Made by a program: the position numbers and the translations under genes
The notes under the pieces: generated by a model
Databases searched by the model: none
What the model was told of the DNA's origin: nothing
Seen by the model: the letters and a program-made list of their open reading frames with translations, nothing else
Part shown: positions 13,025 through 26,294 of the stretch, piece by piece
Numbering within the stretch: position 1 is the stretch's first letter
Layout: each line of letters begins with the position of its first letter
DNA from: Octopus vulgaris
Taxonomy: Eukaryota
Assembly (NCBI GenBank): GCA_951406725.2
Contig: OX597836.1
Location: 6,324,001-6,388,000 of the forward strand
DNA length: 64,000 nucleotides
Reading direction: 5' to 3'

Positions 13025-13483
13025 AGGAAAGGGAATGTTAAATGATGATAATGATAATGGTTGGTCTAAACTCCACCAGTGTTTAGTTATGTGGAAATTA
13101 TTTTAAAAGACTGCCGTTCAAACCGAAAAGATCTGATGGTTCTTTTCATAATGCTGAAATATTTTAACTTCATGGTGTCTATTAAAAAAAAAACTTAGAT
13201 CAGGACGAAAGTGCAATTACGAATTTCTCAGAATTTCTCTCATTCTGTTTCCAGTATATTCATTCCTACCATCATAAAATATCCCTTAATAAACAAATGG
13301 TTCTGCTTGAAGCGTTAGAACCATTTCCTTTTCCTTGATTATAAAACTTATTTCCACTTTGGAACTGCTAAGACTTTCCAATTCCCGGTGTCAACCATAA
13401 CATCACCTTAGATTCTTTCTACCATATTTTTCGTGAAAGAAGTGCCTTGCTCACAGACGTAATACAATACTGCTGTCAGAATG

Positions 13484-13723
13484 GGTACCACTTGAGAACA
13501 GTGGTCCCGGTGCGTGTGGTCGCGCATCCATGCTAGCTAGTCATGACTAGTCGATCCTACAACGACTACCTAGCAAAGTAATTAAAACTCAAAATAAATA
13601 GTTTTTTTTACACAAAGTAAATAATTTTTGTTAAACAAAGTAAATAAAACAAAGTAAGGATCGACTAGTTATGACTAGCTTGCACGAGTGCGCGCACCGG
13701 GACGTCTGTTCTCAAGTAGTACC
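13484..13723. mobile_element. MITE with ~75-bp TIRs and a 9-bp TSD (Merlin- or MULE-like)
   Basis: GGTACCACTTGAGAACAG.../...CTGTTCTCAAGTAGTACC; perfect TSD GTCAGAATG at 13475-13483 and 13724-13732. Confidence 0.85.
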
Positions 13724-16239
13724 GTCAGAATGTAAGCATGGAAATACTTCCCGTACTTGCCCATCTCTGCTCTCATTATGATCCACCTATTTCCAGTAAT
13801 TTTGGTTCCCATCTGCTTTCGGGTACCATAACTCTGAGCACCTTTTCAAACTCCACCCATCTAACACCCGCGGACATATTTACAAAGTCAGAAAACAGCA
13901 CAGCTCCCACGACTTCAGGAAATATTTTTTCACGCTGAGAGTTGCTGAAGCATGGAACAATCTGCTGGCATCAGTTGTTAGTTGTCGGAGCACTGCATTC
14001 TTCAAAACTTCCATGCTTTCCGAGATTCGCCAACACTACACCTGATTTTCTCCCCTCCATACACACAAGCAAGCATGTATCTGACTCATACACTGTTCGC
14101 TTTCCAGACATTTGTACATTACTGCATACACTTTATACGCACTCTCTGACAAGTTGTGGTGCACCTGAGCACTGTATACAACAATTTCATTATTATTATC
14201 CTTCGACGTACACCGGACACTTGTCAGCAAAGATCGCTCATCTACATGTCTAAGTTATCTCCCTTGCACACACTTGCTAATTCCGTCCTCGCCGTCCGCG
14301 CACTTTCTTAGCTTCTTGCAGTCGGGTTTTTTTTGTTCTTTCAACCAACCTTATAAACGATCCAACGATAAATGGAGGCTCTGTATGGACTCGTGACCCC
14401 TTAGATATAGCAGCCAAATTTCCCTCAAATGACGGAGGGAGATTTATCTTGCTTGCTTAATGATATCTGGGTCCCAAATACCAACATTAGCATAATAAAA
14501 TAAATACCGTTCGATCATACTAAATAGATTCCTATCCAAACTGCCTGTGGTGTTATAAATATGTATCTAGCCTCAGGCGTGGTAAGAAGCTTTGTCCCCA
14601 AACACATGGTTCCTGGTTCAGTTCCATCACTTGGCACCTTGGGCAAGTGTCTTCTACTACAGCCTTGGGCCGGTCAAAGCCTTCTGAGTGAATTTGGTAG
14701 ACAGAAACAGTTTTAAAGCGAAAACTCGTCAGGTAAAAGCAATCTTATAAATCGTAATTCGTTCCCAGAAAAAATATTTTACCTATAAAATATTTTACCT
14801 ATTTAATATTCGTAAATAAAGGGCAATAAAACAACAGTAGAATGTAAAGAATATTTTAGTTAAAGTATAAAAAAAAAATGTTGAGATCATTTATAATAAA
14901 AAATATTATTATAATTGTTTTCTGAATCACTTTCACTTGCACTAGAGTCTGCTTTGGCATGGTTTCTATGGCTGGATACCATTCCTAATGCCAACCACTT
15001 TACAAAGTGTACTGGGTGCATTTTTAGGTGGCACTGGCACCAGTGCCTTTCACGTGGCACCAGCACTGACAAGATCACCAAGTACCTTGCAAGACCCTCC
15101 TCAACTGGGAGTGGGGGCAGTAGTTTTGAGGGGATGTGGATCTGTGTCAGGAGACCGATACAGGTGTCTTGCTGTAGTTGCAGAAGGAGGGGGACAGTGC
15201 TTTGCTGGTGATTCATTTTATCCACCCCAGAAGAAAACAGGTGGAGGTTGGCATCAGGAAGGGCATCTTGCCACACAAATAGTGCTGTGTGTGTGAAGGC
15301 GCATGGCTCAGTGGTTAGAGTGTCGAGTTTACGATTGTGAGGTTGTGAGTTCGATTCCCGGACTGGGCTGCATGTTCCTGTCAAACTGTTTGATCCATAC
15401 CAGCATGGGAAGCAGACATTAAATGAGGATGATGGTTTTATTCTACGGGACGCCCAAAGCCAACCATTGTTTAAAAAAATCCCATTATATTTTTATGATT
15501 GAATGTTGTTAGGAATTGTATAAAGAATTGGTAAGATATGATATTTTTATTGTGGAGGTTTAACCAGTTTATTGCACATAAATTTTAACAGTAAATTCTT
15601 AGATGGACCCCAATTGAGAATGACTAATCCGAGAGAGAGAGAGATCAGTAAACATAGATAGATAGACAGATAGATAGATAGATAAATAGGTAGGTAGGTA
15701 CGTAGGTAGGTAGGTAGGTAGATAGGTATGTAGGTAGGTAGGTAGGTAGATAGGTAGGTAGGTAGGTAGGTAGGTAGATAGATAGGTAGACAGGTAGGTA
15801 GACAGATGGATAATAGATTGACAGACGGACCGACAGACAGGTAAATAGATAGATAGATACAGAGACAGGTAGATAAACAAGTAGATAAATAAACAGGTAG
15901 GCAGGGAGACAGTCTGATAGATAGGTGAACAGATAGATAGATGTATGGAGGGACAGACAGATAGATAGATAGACATAGACAGGTAGGCAGACAGATAGAT
16001 TGAGAAAGAGAAAGGTAAAGATATGGCCACCTCCTCTGCTATACTTAAATAATACTTGGCCTTTAAAAGGCAGTCTTGACCTCCTTGGGATTTGAACTTG
16101 GAATGGAGAGTATTGTAATAAATAGCACAAGGCATTGCTGCCAACCTTCTAACGACTCAGCCAATTTGCTGCCAACCATTGATGAATGATAATAATTTTA
16201 ATGCTTGTCTTTTGTTTCTCTTTTTCTTGTTTTCTTCAG

Positions 16240-16328
16240 TCTAAAATCAACAAACATCACCAGAACCATCAAGTCCCTCTGCTCAGTCCTTTCTGGTTTG
16301 TACGGACCAATAGAAATAAGGAAAGTTG
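16240..16328 (+). CDS. ACP6: ACP6-like exon
   Basis: ttcag|T...G|gtaggt; 89 nt; FLKSTNITRTIKSLCSVLSGLYGP contains the conserved STxxxR substrate-binding Arg; phases match both neighbours. Confidence 0.92.
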
Positions 16329-16380
16329 GTAGGTTCCAGTTTTCTCATGATATCTTCTTGGTGTAGTGATAGGAAACGAA

Positions 16381-16693
16381 TTTTTTTTTATTTTGTTCCT
16401 TCTCAAGCCACGCCTGGCTCATAAGAGCCGGTTTCCCGGTTTCCTTGGCGAATAGGTTACCCACCTGGACAGGATACCGGTCCGTTGCAGGTGAGCTGCA
16501 AGATGCAGGAGGAAAGAGTGAGAGAAAGTTGTGGCAAAAGAGTCAGCAGAGGTTCGCCATTACCTTCTGCCGGAGCCACGTGGAGCTTAGGTGTTTCGCT
16601 CATAAACACACACATCGCCTGGTCTAAGATTCGAACCCGTAATCCCTCGACCGCGAGTCCGCTGCTCTAGCCGCTAGGCCATGGGCCTCCACA
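16381..16693 (-). mobile_element. tRNA-derived SINE, family B (inverted relative to the copy at 12710)
   Basis: Reverse-complement homologue of 12710-13024; TSD AGGAAACGAAT on both sides. Confidence 0.85.
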
Positions 16694-18053
16694 AGGAAAC
16701 GAATGGGACTGTGGTACAAGATACCATCACGGCTCTGACTGATGCAATCATACTCAAGTGATTGGCACAAGTGTGGCTGTGTGGCAAGAAGCTTACTTCC
16801 CAACGATGTGGTTCTAGGTTCAGTTCCACTGCATGTCTTTTGCTATGGCCTCAGATCGACCATTGATGAATTAATCAATCGATCAATTTGTCCATCCATC
16901 GACAGGTTGAGAATGACTCTCTATTTCCCAGTCATGCACTAACCTTTTATCATCTTCCACTGCTGCCCCTTCCGTTATGGCAAGACACCACCTCCAATGC
17001 CCCCCTCCCTCTTATGGCAAGGCACCTGTTTTTGCCTCTCTGTCTCACTCTAACTTTTCATCCTCTGACACAAGTTCCCCCTGCCCCTCTCAGAATCCCC
17101 TTGTCTTGCACGTTACTTGGTGACCCTGACCAATGCTGGTGCCATGTAAAAAGCATCCAGTCCACACTGTGAAGTGGTTGGCATTTGGAAGGACACCCAG
17201 CTGTCAAAATCATGCCGAAACTAACCTCACCTGTCCTAGTGTCATGTAAAAAGCACTGAGTCCACTCTGCAGTGAGGTTGGGGTTAGGAAGGGCATCCAG
17301 CCGTAAAAGCCCTGCCAAAACAGACACAGTAACCTAGGGTAGTCTTCTGCTTGGCTGGCTCCTGTCAACCATCTTACTCATGCATGCATGGGAGATGGAT
17401 ATTAAACGATGAGGATGATGATAAATCTATATATATATGTGTATGTATGTATATATATTTGTATGTATGTATATATATATGTGTGTATATGTATATATAT
17501 ATATATATATACTAGCAGAGATATCTGGCCTTACCCGGGATTAAAATGGCATAGTTTCTTTTTATTGTTTTACTTGTTTCGGTCATGTGACTGTGGCCAT
17601 GCTGGAGCACTGCCTTTGGTCGAAAAAATCGACCACAGGATTTATTCTCTGTAAGCCTAGTATTCTATCAGTTTCTTTTGCCGAACTGCAAAGTTATGGG
17701 AATGTAAACACAGCAGCAGCATCAGTTGTCAAGCAATGGTGGGGGGACAAACGCACACACATATACGACACTATATATATCATAAAATATCAGGTAGTTT
17801 GACAGGTGAATATATTTATTTAACCAATTATCATCATTAGGATTATAGCCATAATTATTATTATTATTACTATTATTATTACTATTATTATTATTATTAT
17901 TATTCTTATTAACGCCATCGCCGTTACCACCACCACCACCTTCCTCTACACCACCACCTCTTCTACCGTTCAGTACCTATTTTCAACTACCACCACCATC
18001 TCCACCACCAGTACCTTGTAAGTGATCCCTTTATGTCTGTTGTCTTCTTTCAG

Positions 18054-18212
18054 CTCCCATCAGTATTCCCGTGGCCAGTGACAACAACGAGGTGTTGATC
18101 CCGAAGCCCTCGTTGTGCCCCAACCTGCTACATTACCACATGTTGGCACAGAAGGTCGCCTACTGCCAGAGTGACATGTTGTACGACAGGCTCAAGATTG
18201 AAAAGGTTCTCG
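18054..18212 (+). CDS. ACP6: ACP6-like exon
   Basis: ttcag|CT...G|gtaaga; 159 nt; APISIPVASDNNEVLIPKPSLCPNLLHYHMLAQKVAYCQSDMLYDRLKIEKVL. Confidence 0.9.
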
Positions 18213-18896
18213 GTAAGAAAGAAGAAAGCGCAGAGGGCGACCCTTTACGTCTTGTTCTTGATGCTGTTGTTGTGCGTATTGTTTGTTTTGTGGCTTTTGT
18301 TGTGCTTGTTTGTGCGGTCTGTGTTGCTTCAGTTTTTGGAAGACCTGGAAGGCTAAACTACTACTGCTGCTACTACTACTACTACTACTACTACTATCAC
18401 CATCACCATCACCTCTACATGCTTACTACTAAAACTACTACTACCTATTTCTTTACTATCCACAAGGGGCTAAACGCAGAGGGGACAAACAAGGACGGAC
18501 AAACGGATTAAGTCGATTACATCGACCCCAGTGCGTAACTGGTACTTAATTTATCGACCCCGAAAGGATGAAAGGCAAAGTCGACCTCGGCGTAATTTGA
18601 ACTCAGAACGTAACGGCAGACTAAATACGGCTACGAATTTTGCCCGGTGTGCTAACGTTTCTGCCAGCTCACCACCTTATACTACTACTACTACCACTAA
18701 TACTACTGCTGCTACTCCTACTACTACCACCAACACTACTACTATAACCAGTGCCACTACCATCACTACTATTACTACTACTCTCACCACCACCACCACT
18801 AGTACCATAACCACTTCTCTCCATTACTACTATAACCACCACCACTACCATCAATACTACTACTACTATTACTACAACCACTACCACCACTACCAT

Positions 18897-18929
<33 letters not shown>

Positions 18930-18954
18930 CATCACTACTACTATCACCACCACA

Positions 18955-19110
18955 AAACTGTAACATCACTGTTACATCAATGACTGTGACGTCATGAATG
19001 TGACATAGCCAATGTGTGACATCACCCACCTGTGACATCACTGACCAGTGTCATTGCTGACCCGTGACACCCACCTGACATCACTGAACTGTGACTTCAG
19101 TGGCTATGTC
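18955..19110. repeat. Degenerate minisatellite (TGTGACATCACTGA-like units)
   Basis: About 10 imperfect repeats of TGTGACATCA. Confidence 0.7.
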
Positions 19111-19385
19111 ATCATGCTCAAGATAAAGTACATAGAAGATGAGTATACGGCAGGCTTCTTTCAGTTTCCATCTATGAAATCCACTCACAAGGCTTTGGTC
19201 AGCCCAAGGCTATAGTAGAAGACACTTGCCCAAGGTGCCACACAGACTCTTCCATTGATCGGATCAACTGGAACCCTCGTTGTCGTAACTGATGGAGATC
19301 CATTTTATTCTTTTGACATGTTTGTTTTGTTTTGTTTGCTTTGGTCAATTGTTGTCCTCTTAACATATTCTGACTATTTTGGCAG

Positions 19386-19456
19386 GTATTGACTCTTTCA
19401 ACACTAAAGAACGAATTAAGTGGATCGAAGCCCGAGACGACTTAGTTGCAAGAAAG
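19386..19456 (+). CDS. ACP6: ACP6-like exon
   Basis: ggcag|GT...AAG|gttcgt; 71 nt; GIDSFNTKERIKWIEARDDLVARK (compare ACP6 GIDSSDKVDF..LDNVAAEQ). Confidence 0.85.
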
Positions 19457-19595
19457 GTTCGTTAAATCAACTTCGTCAAACACCTGTCTTCCCTTTTATT
19501 GGTTATAACATACCTGCATTTGATTTTTCTTCCTTTTTTTTTTTTTACCTTTTCCCAACTACTAGGCATCTAAATTTCTTTGAAATCACATCCTC

Positions 19596-19958
19596 TTTAT
19601 CACCTCTGCCTTAGCAAAGGTGGAGGTATTGTTTTCAGTCATGTTTGTCCGTAGACAAGATATCTCAAGAACCGCTGGATGGATTCTGATCAAACTTTCA
19701 GGAATGTTTGGCCTTGTGACTGGCACAAACTGATTAGATTTGGGGATCGATCCGGTACCAGACAAGGATTCTGGATTGTTTTTCCTGTTTTCTACTTAAT
19801 TTTTGTGAGTGGTGGGGTTCATTTTTAGTATTCTCTTTTCTCAGATTAGTCGAGTTTCTTTCAGATATTCTCATTTTAAAGAATCATTTCTATATAATTG
19901 TTGAGAGGACATTGGTGTTGCCTTGGCGGAAGTTTGCGCTCTCTCAGTGCTCTTGCTT
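19596..19958 (+). mobile_element. Helentron-associated non-autonomous element (HINE/DINE-like)
   Basis: TTTATCACCTCTGCC...GGAGGTATTGTTTTC start and TTGGCGGAAGTTTGCGCTCT 3' subterminal motif. Confidence 0.6.
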
Positions 19959-21522
19959 ATAAATTGTGAATGGTCGGTGCTTTCTACATGTTCGTGTAAC
20001 ATCCACAAGACAAGTGGAAATGTTTTAATGTGTGGCTGTGTGGTAAGAAGTTGACTTCCCAACCTCATGGTTCCAGGTTCAGTCCCACTGCATAGCACCT
20101 TGGGCAAGTGTCTCTTACTATAGCCTGAATCCAACCGAAGCCTTGTGAGTGGATTTGGTTGATGGAAGCTCTAAGACTCTTTTGTATATGTGTGTGTGTG
20201 TGTGTGTATATACATATATATATATATATCATTATTATCATCATCATTTAACGTCTGTTTTCCATGCTAGCATGGGTTGGACAGTTCGACCAGGGTCTGG
20301 TAAGCCACGTAGGCTGTACCAGGCTCTGGTCTGATTTGGCAGTGTTTCTACAGTTGGATGCCCTTCCTAATGCCAACCACTCCGTGAGTGTAGTGGGTGT
20401 TGTTTATGTGCCACCGGCACAAGGGCCAGAGATGGCTGGCAAACGGCCACGATTGGTTGGTGCTTTTTACATGTCACCGACTCGGACACCAGTCAGGAGA
20501 CACTGGCATCTGCCAAGTTCGGACGGTGCTTTTTACGTGTCACTGGCACGGGTGTCTTAACTACAATTTCCATTTGAATCTTTATTTTGATGTTTATGAA
20601 ATATATATATATATATATATACATATATATATACACATATACACACATATATACATATGTATGTGTGTGTTATATTTGTGTTTGCCCCACCACCACAGCC
20701 ACTTGATGACTGGTGTGGGTATGGCTACTATAGCCTCAGGCTGACCAGTCTTGTGAGTAGATTTGGTAGTCAGAAACGGAAAGATGCCTGTTGTGTGTAT
20801 ATATGAGCAAGGTCGCTGCCAGTGCCGCTGGACTGGCTCCTGTGCAGGTGGCACATAAAAAGCACCATTTGAGCATGGACGCTGCCAGTGTCGCTTGATT
20901 GGTGCTCATGCCAGTGGCACGTAAAAGCACCCACTACACTCTCGGAGTGGTTGGTGTTAGGAAGGGCATCCAGCTGTAGAAACACTGCCAGATCAGATTG
21001 GAGTCTGGTGCAGCCATCTGGTTTGCCAGACCTCTGTCAAATTGTCCAACCCATGCTAGCATGGAAAGCAGATGTTAAACAAATGAATGATGAGATATAT
21101 ACAAAGTGTGTGTCATTGTGTTTGTCCTCCACCAGCTCTTGGCAACCAGTGTTGGTGTGTTTACATCCCTTTAACTTTGTGGTTCAGCAAGAGACCAAAA
21201 GAGACCATGCTTAGAAAGAATAAAAATATGCACAGAGGTTAAGTCATTCGGCTACAAAATCTTGAATGCAGTGCTCCAGCATGGCCGTAGTCTAATGACT
21301 GAAACAAGTAAAAGATAAAAAATAGATCTTTCACAAGATATTGGTCACTCTAAAGTCTCTCAAAATGAGATAGAATTTAGTTGGCACCATGTGCTGAAGG
21401 TAACAAAACAAACTCTATATTCCGGTGCAGCAATGCACAGCCATGTAACATGCACATGCTTCTATATCTGATAGTCTGGACCGTTTACTCCATGTTACTA
21501 ATATTTCTGTCTCCTGCAACAG

Positions 21523-21623
21523 GTCCACGGCCTTCCGATCCCCAACCAGCTGGAACCATTCATGAATGTCATAGAGAAACACGCCACAACATTGCTCTAT
21601 AAATCTCTCTGCGGACTCGAAAA
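21523..21623 (+). CDS. ACP6: ACP6-like exon
   Basis: aacag|GTC...AA|gtaagt; 101 nt; VHGLPIPNQLEPFMNVIEKHATTLLYKSLCGLE. Confidence 0.9.
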
Positions 21624-22397
21624 GTAAGTTGGCTTTCACTTAATCTCATTACACTACTACTACTACTATTACCAACACACCACCACCACTACCATGTGGT
21701 TACTTCACAGCCACATTGTTCCAGGTTCAGTCCCACTGTGTGGCACCTTGCGCAAGTCTGTGTGGCACCTTACGCAAGTACTATAGCCTCAGGCTGCCCA
21801 ATGCCTTGTAATGGATTTGGTAGATGGAAACTGAAAGAAGCCTGTTGTGTGTCTGTGTTTGTGTTTGTCCCCTGCCATTGCTTGACAACTAGTGTTGGCA
21901 TGTTTATTTGCTTGTAACTTAGCAGTTCAGAAAAAGAGACTGATAGAGTAAATACCAGGCTTGAGAAAAAAAAAAAAAAAAAGTAAGCCCTGGGGTCGAT
22001 TTATTCGACTGAAACTCTTCAAGGTGGTGCTCCAGCATGGCATTTGTCCAATGACCGAAACAAAAGGTAGAAAATATACGACATATGGAACCTCATTGAG
22101 AACCTGTTGCTAATAAGCCATGCTTAGAATAAAAATATGTACTGAGGTCAAGTCATTCGGCTACAAAGTCCTGAACGCAGTACCCCAGCATGGCCGCAGT
22201 CTAATGACTGAATCAAGTAAAAGATAAAAAGCTCTCTCACAAGATATCGGTCAATATTGTATATTGTATATTTTACGTGTAACCAAATCCAAGAATTCTT
22301 CCTAGCTTGTCTTCTGCATTGTATTTCTGTGTGCAAACTCTTTGAGAGCTGATTTCTAACCAATTTTCTCAATTGTGTTTTTCGTATGCAACTTCAG

Positions 22398-22487
22398 AGA
22401 TGATCGTCGAATAGCAACTGTTCTTTCCTGTGGCAAAGCTATCGACCTTTTCCTGCAACACCTGGGTCCTGATTCAAAGGATTCAAA
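22398..22487 (+). CDS. ACP6: ACP6-like exon
   Basis: ttcag|A...AA|gtgagt; 90 nt; KDDRRIATVLSCGKAIDLFLQHLGPDSKDS; phase 2 on both sides as required. Confidence 0.85.
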
Positions 22488-22611
22488 GTGAGTTCATTTT
22501 CTATTAATTCCCACAGTGCATCCATGTTTGATTTTCTTCTTCAGAAAAGCAATGCATATTTTTTTGTATATCTAAATAATATATATATATATATATTATA
22601 TATATATATAT

Positions 22612-22800
22612 TGGGAGAGTTCACAAAAAAAAAAACAAAAGACAAAGACAGGTGGTGTAGAAAACAAACAGATGTATTAGTATAACACTCAGGAATTGAA
22701 AAAGTCTTTTACGTTTCGAGCCTACGCTCTTCTACAGAAAGGGACACAGAAAAAAACAAGGAGAGAAAAAAATGTGTGTAGTGGCTAATGATCTATCATA
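22612..22800 (-). mobile_element. Penelope-like pLTR fragment with hammerhead-like motif (second copy at about 45985-46195)
   Basis: Minus strand CUGUAGA-A-GAGC-guag-GCUC-GAAACGUA in both near-identical copies; each inserted in (TA)n. Confidence 0.6.
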
Positions 22801-22805
22801 TATAT

Positions 22806-23006
22806 ATCATCATCATCATCATCGTTTAACGTCTGCTTTCCATGCTAGCATGGGTTGAACGATTTGACTGAGGGCTGGCGAACCAGATGGCTGCACCAGG
22901 CTCCAATCTGATCTGGCAGAGTTTCTACAGCTGGATGCCCTTCCTAATGCCAACCACTCCGAGAGTGTAGTGGATGCTTTTTACGTGCCACCGGCATGAG
23001 GGCTGG
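22806..23006 (-). mobile_element. LINE/SINE 3' end with (GAT)n tail; many copies (about 4970-5222, 20230-20560, 25140-25580, 27420-27690, 57880-58080)
   Basis: Recurrent CATCATCGTTTAACGTCCGCTTTCCATGCTAGCATGGGTTGG...GGATGCCCTTCCTAA block. Confidence 0.8.
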
Positions 23007-23137
23007 AAATTTTTTTATGCAAGTTATCATGTCTACCATTTGAAATTAGAAATATTTCAGTATAATTTTAACCTTTTCCTAATCATTTTGCTTCACCCTT
23101 ATTTGGTGGCATGTTTGACCACTGTACATATATATAT

Positions 23138-23461
23138 ATAGTGGCGGACTGGGTCTAAAAATATTGGTTGCCAGGAGGCTAAGGGGGCCCAACCCACAAC
23201 TACAATGCTATCATTTATTTTTTTTTTGTTTTTGTTTTTGTTAAAAGTATTCCTTTCAATAGTCTGCAGACACAGCCTGGCTGAAATAATTAATGCATTC
23301 TTCCAGGAGTGAATAAAAAATTCTCAAACCTGAGAGGATGGGCCCCTTAGATAGTAACATGGACCCCCACCACCACCACCACCACCACCATATATGGATT
23401 CTAATGGCTCAGGGGCCCACTTGCCAAGGGGCAAGCTGGCAATCATGCCTGTCCACCACTG
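23138..23461. mobile_element. hAT-like MITE
   Basis: TAGTGGCGGACTGG ... CCTGTCCACCACTG terminal inverted repeats. Confidence 0.6.
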
Positions 23462-23465
23462 TATA

Positions 23466-23496
<31 letters not shown>

Positions 23497-24325
23497 GTAT
23501 CTTCTAACACTATTTGGGAGTCACAATGGTGTCCAAGGGAAATAATTCTTGCACGGAAAATATATATTAATATATATATCTATAACCATGACAGCAGAAG
23601 AATAGAGGGTTTTACATCTTTGAAATGTGTTTATTACAGTATTATTTTCATTAAATTCCAATCCGACACACGTTTCTGCTAGATAAACGTCCTAATGCCC
23701 TTTGCTGTGTATTTAGTTAGTTCAGAAGGTGTGTGTGTTCATCCAAGGTAGACATTCCTAAGCAGTTTCAGTCAAGGTTTTCCCCATTCCGGTGGGTGGA
23801 ACGAACCGAAGATTCAGGTGTTAGGTGGTCCTTAAATTGTATCCAAGAAAGCAAACTCAGAACCCAGGATTTACTACTTATAAGGGTGGAGCTGTGTGGC
23901 TTAGTGGTTAGGGTGTTGGACTCATGATCGTAAGATTTTAGTTTCGATTCTTGGACCGGGCGATGCATTGTGTTCTTGAGCAAAACACTTCATTTCATGT
24001 TGCTTCAGTCCACTCACCTGGCAAAAAGGAGCAATTCTGTGATGGACTGACCAGCATCCCATCAAAATGAGGAATATACATGTTATGGAAACCAGGAAAC
24101 GGGTCCTTGTCAGTCAGAACAATTCATGAAGGTAACTTGGCTTGACTTATGTTGTATCAGTGAAATATCATTGGAAAAGTCAACATTGGAATATAGAGAT
24201 ACTTGTCAAGGAATTGATTCTTTTGCTATCTGCTAAGTCAATGGCCCTCAACTGTATTTTGCCTATGGACCGGACCCCTTTGAATCGTATTTTCCTTAAC
24301 TAAATCCTCACAAACATTCAATGCT

Positions 24326-24661
24326 TAACCCTTTCGTTACCAACCCGGCTGAAATCAGCTCTGGCTCTGAATACAAATGTCTTGCCTTCATAAGTTTTGA
24401 ATAAAAATCTTCCACCAAAACTTTGTCGCAATTTATGTTCCTAACACCAGCTGAATGATAACCAAGTTATTTTACTAAATTCTTTGTTATATGCGCCCTT
24501 TTTTAAAGCCTAGCCAGGCTCATGGGTCCGGTTTCTATGGCATATGTGTTCCCCAGCTGGACGGGACGCCAGTCCATCGCAGAAATTCTTTGTTATACTT
24601 CAAGTAATTGAAAGAAACCTGACAGAGCTTCTCAAAATAAATATGGTAATGAAAGGGTTAA
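24326..24661. mobile_element. piggyBac-like MITE interrupted by a SINE fragment
   Basis: TTAACCCTTT...AAAGGGTTAA; nested insert flanked by a 15-bp TSD AAATTCTTTGTTATA (24477-24491 and 24583-24597). Confidence 0.8.
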
Positions 24662-24817
24662 AAGATCCTATTATATTTTTATAATTGAATACTATTTTTA
24701 TATCTATGTACAACCAGTCTGTATTTATACTTTATATATCCACCTACAAGCTGTCTATCTATGTACTCAATGTATACCAAGTCATAAGATGTCTTTTGTA
24801 TTTTCCTGTCTTTCTAG

Positions 24818-24983
24818 CTACAAGCTGTATTTATACTCCTGTCACGACTCCTCACTCTGTGCAATACTCGGTGCCTTTGACATATTTGACTACAAGTGGC
24901 CCCCCTTCGCTGCTGACTTGAGGATAGAACTGTACGAAGACAAGAAGTCGCACAAATTTGTGAAGGTCTCCTACCTCAATAAG
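24818..24983 (+). CDS. ACP6: ACP6-like exon with the catalytic HD motif
   Basis: tctag|C...AAG|gtattg; 166 nt; YKLYLYSCHDSSLCAILGAFDIFDYKWPPFAADLRIELY, which matches the ACP6 signature KLYLYAAHD...IFDHKWPPFAVDLTMELY. Confidence 0.96.
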
Positions 24984-26158
24984 GTATTGTATCTCTCTCA
25001 GCCATATTGATAATAAAATAATAATAATAAGGAAATTATTGTATACAGTGTTCAGGTGCACCACAATTTGTCAAAAGTGCGTATAAAGCATATGCAGTAA
25101 TGAACAGTGTATGAGTCAGATACATGCTTGATACATCATCATTTAACATCACCATTTAACGTCCGCTTTCCATGCTAGCATGGGTTGGACGATTTGACTG
25201 AGGTTTGGCAAACCAGACTCTAATCTAATCTTGTAGAGTTTCTACAGCTGGATGCCCTTCCTAATGCCAACCACTCCGAGAGTGTAGTGGGTGCTTTTAC
25301 GTGCCACTGGCACGAGGGCCAGTTTGGTGGTACTGGCAACGACCACGCCCAAATGGTGCTTTTTACGTGTCACCTGCACAGGAGCCAGTCAAGCAGCACT
25401 GGTAACAATCTCGCTCGAATGTTTTTTCACGAACCACCAACACAAGTGCTAGTAGGCGATGCAGTAATGATCACGCTTGAATGGTGTGTTTAACGTGCCA
25501 TCGGCACGAAGGCCAGCTTGTTGCTCTGGCAACGATCTCACTCGTATGGTACTCTTAACGCTCCACTAGCAGCGGATGCCAGTCACTGTGTTTGATTTCG
25601 ACATGCAAAACAGCACCACACACTCCCCTCCTGCGTTTCGTTTTCCTAGAAGGATTTCACTCAAACAAATCAACAGGAGGATATATATTTTTTTAAGCCT
25701 GGTATCCATTCTATCAGTCTCTTTTGCCAAACTGCTAAGTTATGAGTATGTAAGCACTCCAACACCGGTTGTCAAGCAGTGGTGGGTGACAAACACACAC
25801 ACATAAATGTCTACAAATACACACACATAAATGTCTACAAACACACTCACACACACACACACACACACATATATGTGATAGACTTCTTTCAGTTTCCGTT
25901 TACCAAATCCACTCACAAAGTCTCGGTCGGCCTGAAGTTATAGTAGAAGACACTTGGCCAAGGTGCCATGCAGTGGGACTGAACCCGGAACCATGTGGTT
26001 GGGAAGCAAGCTTCTTACCACAGCTATGCCTACATCTATATACAGAAATACACACACATACACAGAGTAACACACACACATTGACAAGATAATATACGAT
26101 TACTCTAAACATCACTACAGACCCCACCTTTTTCTCCTTTTTTTCTAAACTATTTCAG

Positions 26159-26294
26159 GATGTAATATCCCGTGGCTGTGATGAAATCTATACCTCTTAT
26201 GACAAGTTTGTTAAGGGATTGTCCTGCATGGCAACTGACAAAGAGACACATGACAAACTGTGTAACTCTTCTGAAATATGTCGGAAATTCTCAC
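26159..26294 (+). CDS. ACP6: ACP6-like exon
   Basis: ttcag|GAT...C|gtaagt; 136 nt; DVISRGCDEIYTSYDKFVKGLSCMATDKETHDKLCNSSEICRKFS (conserved RGC...LC); no stop before the donor. Confidence 0.9.

Noticed and set aside
18213-18511. Hydrophobic, TM-like continuation of the 146-aa ORF at 18071
   Set aside because: Homology ends at the gtaaga donor at 18213; the remainder is intronic low-complexity sequence.
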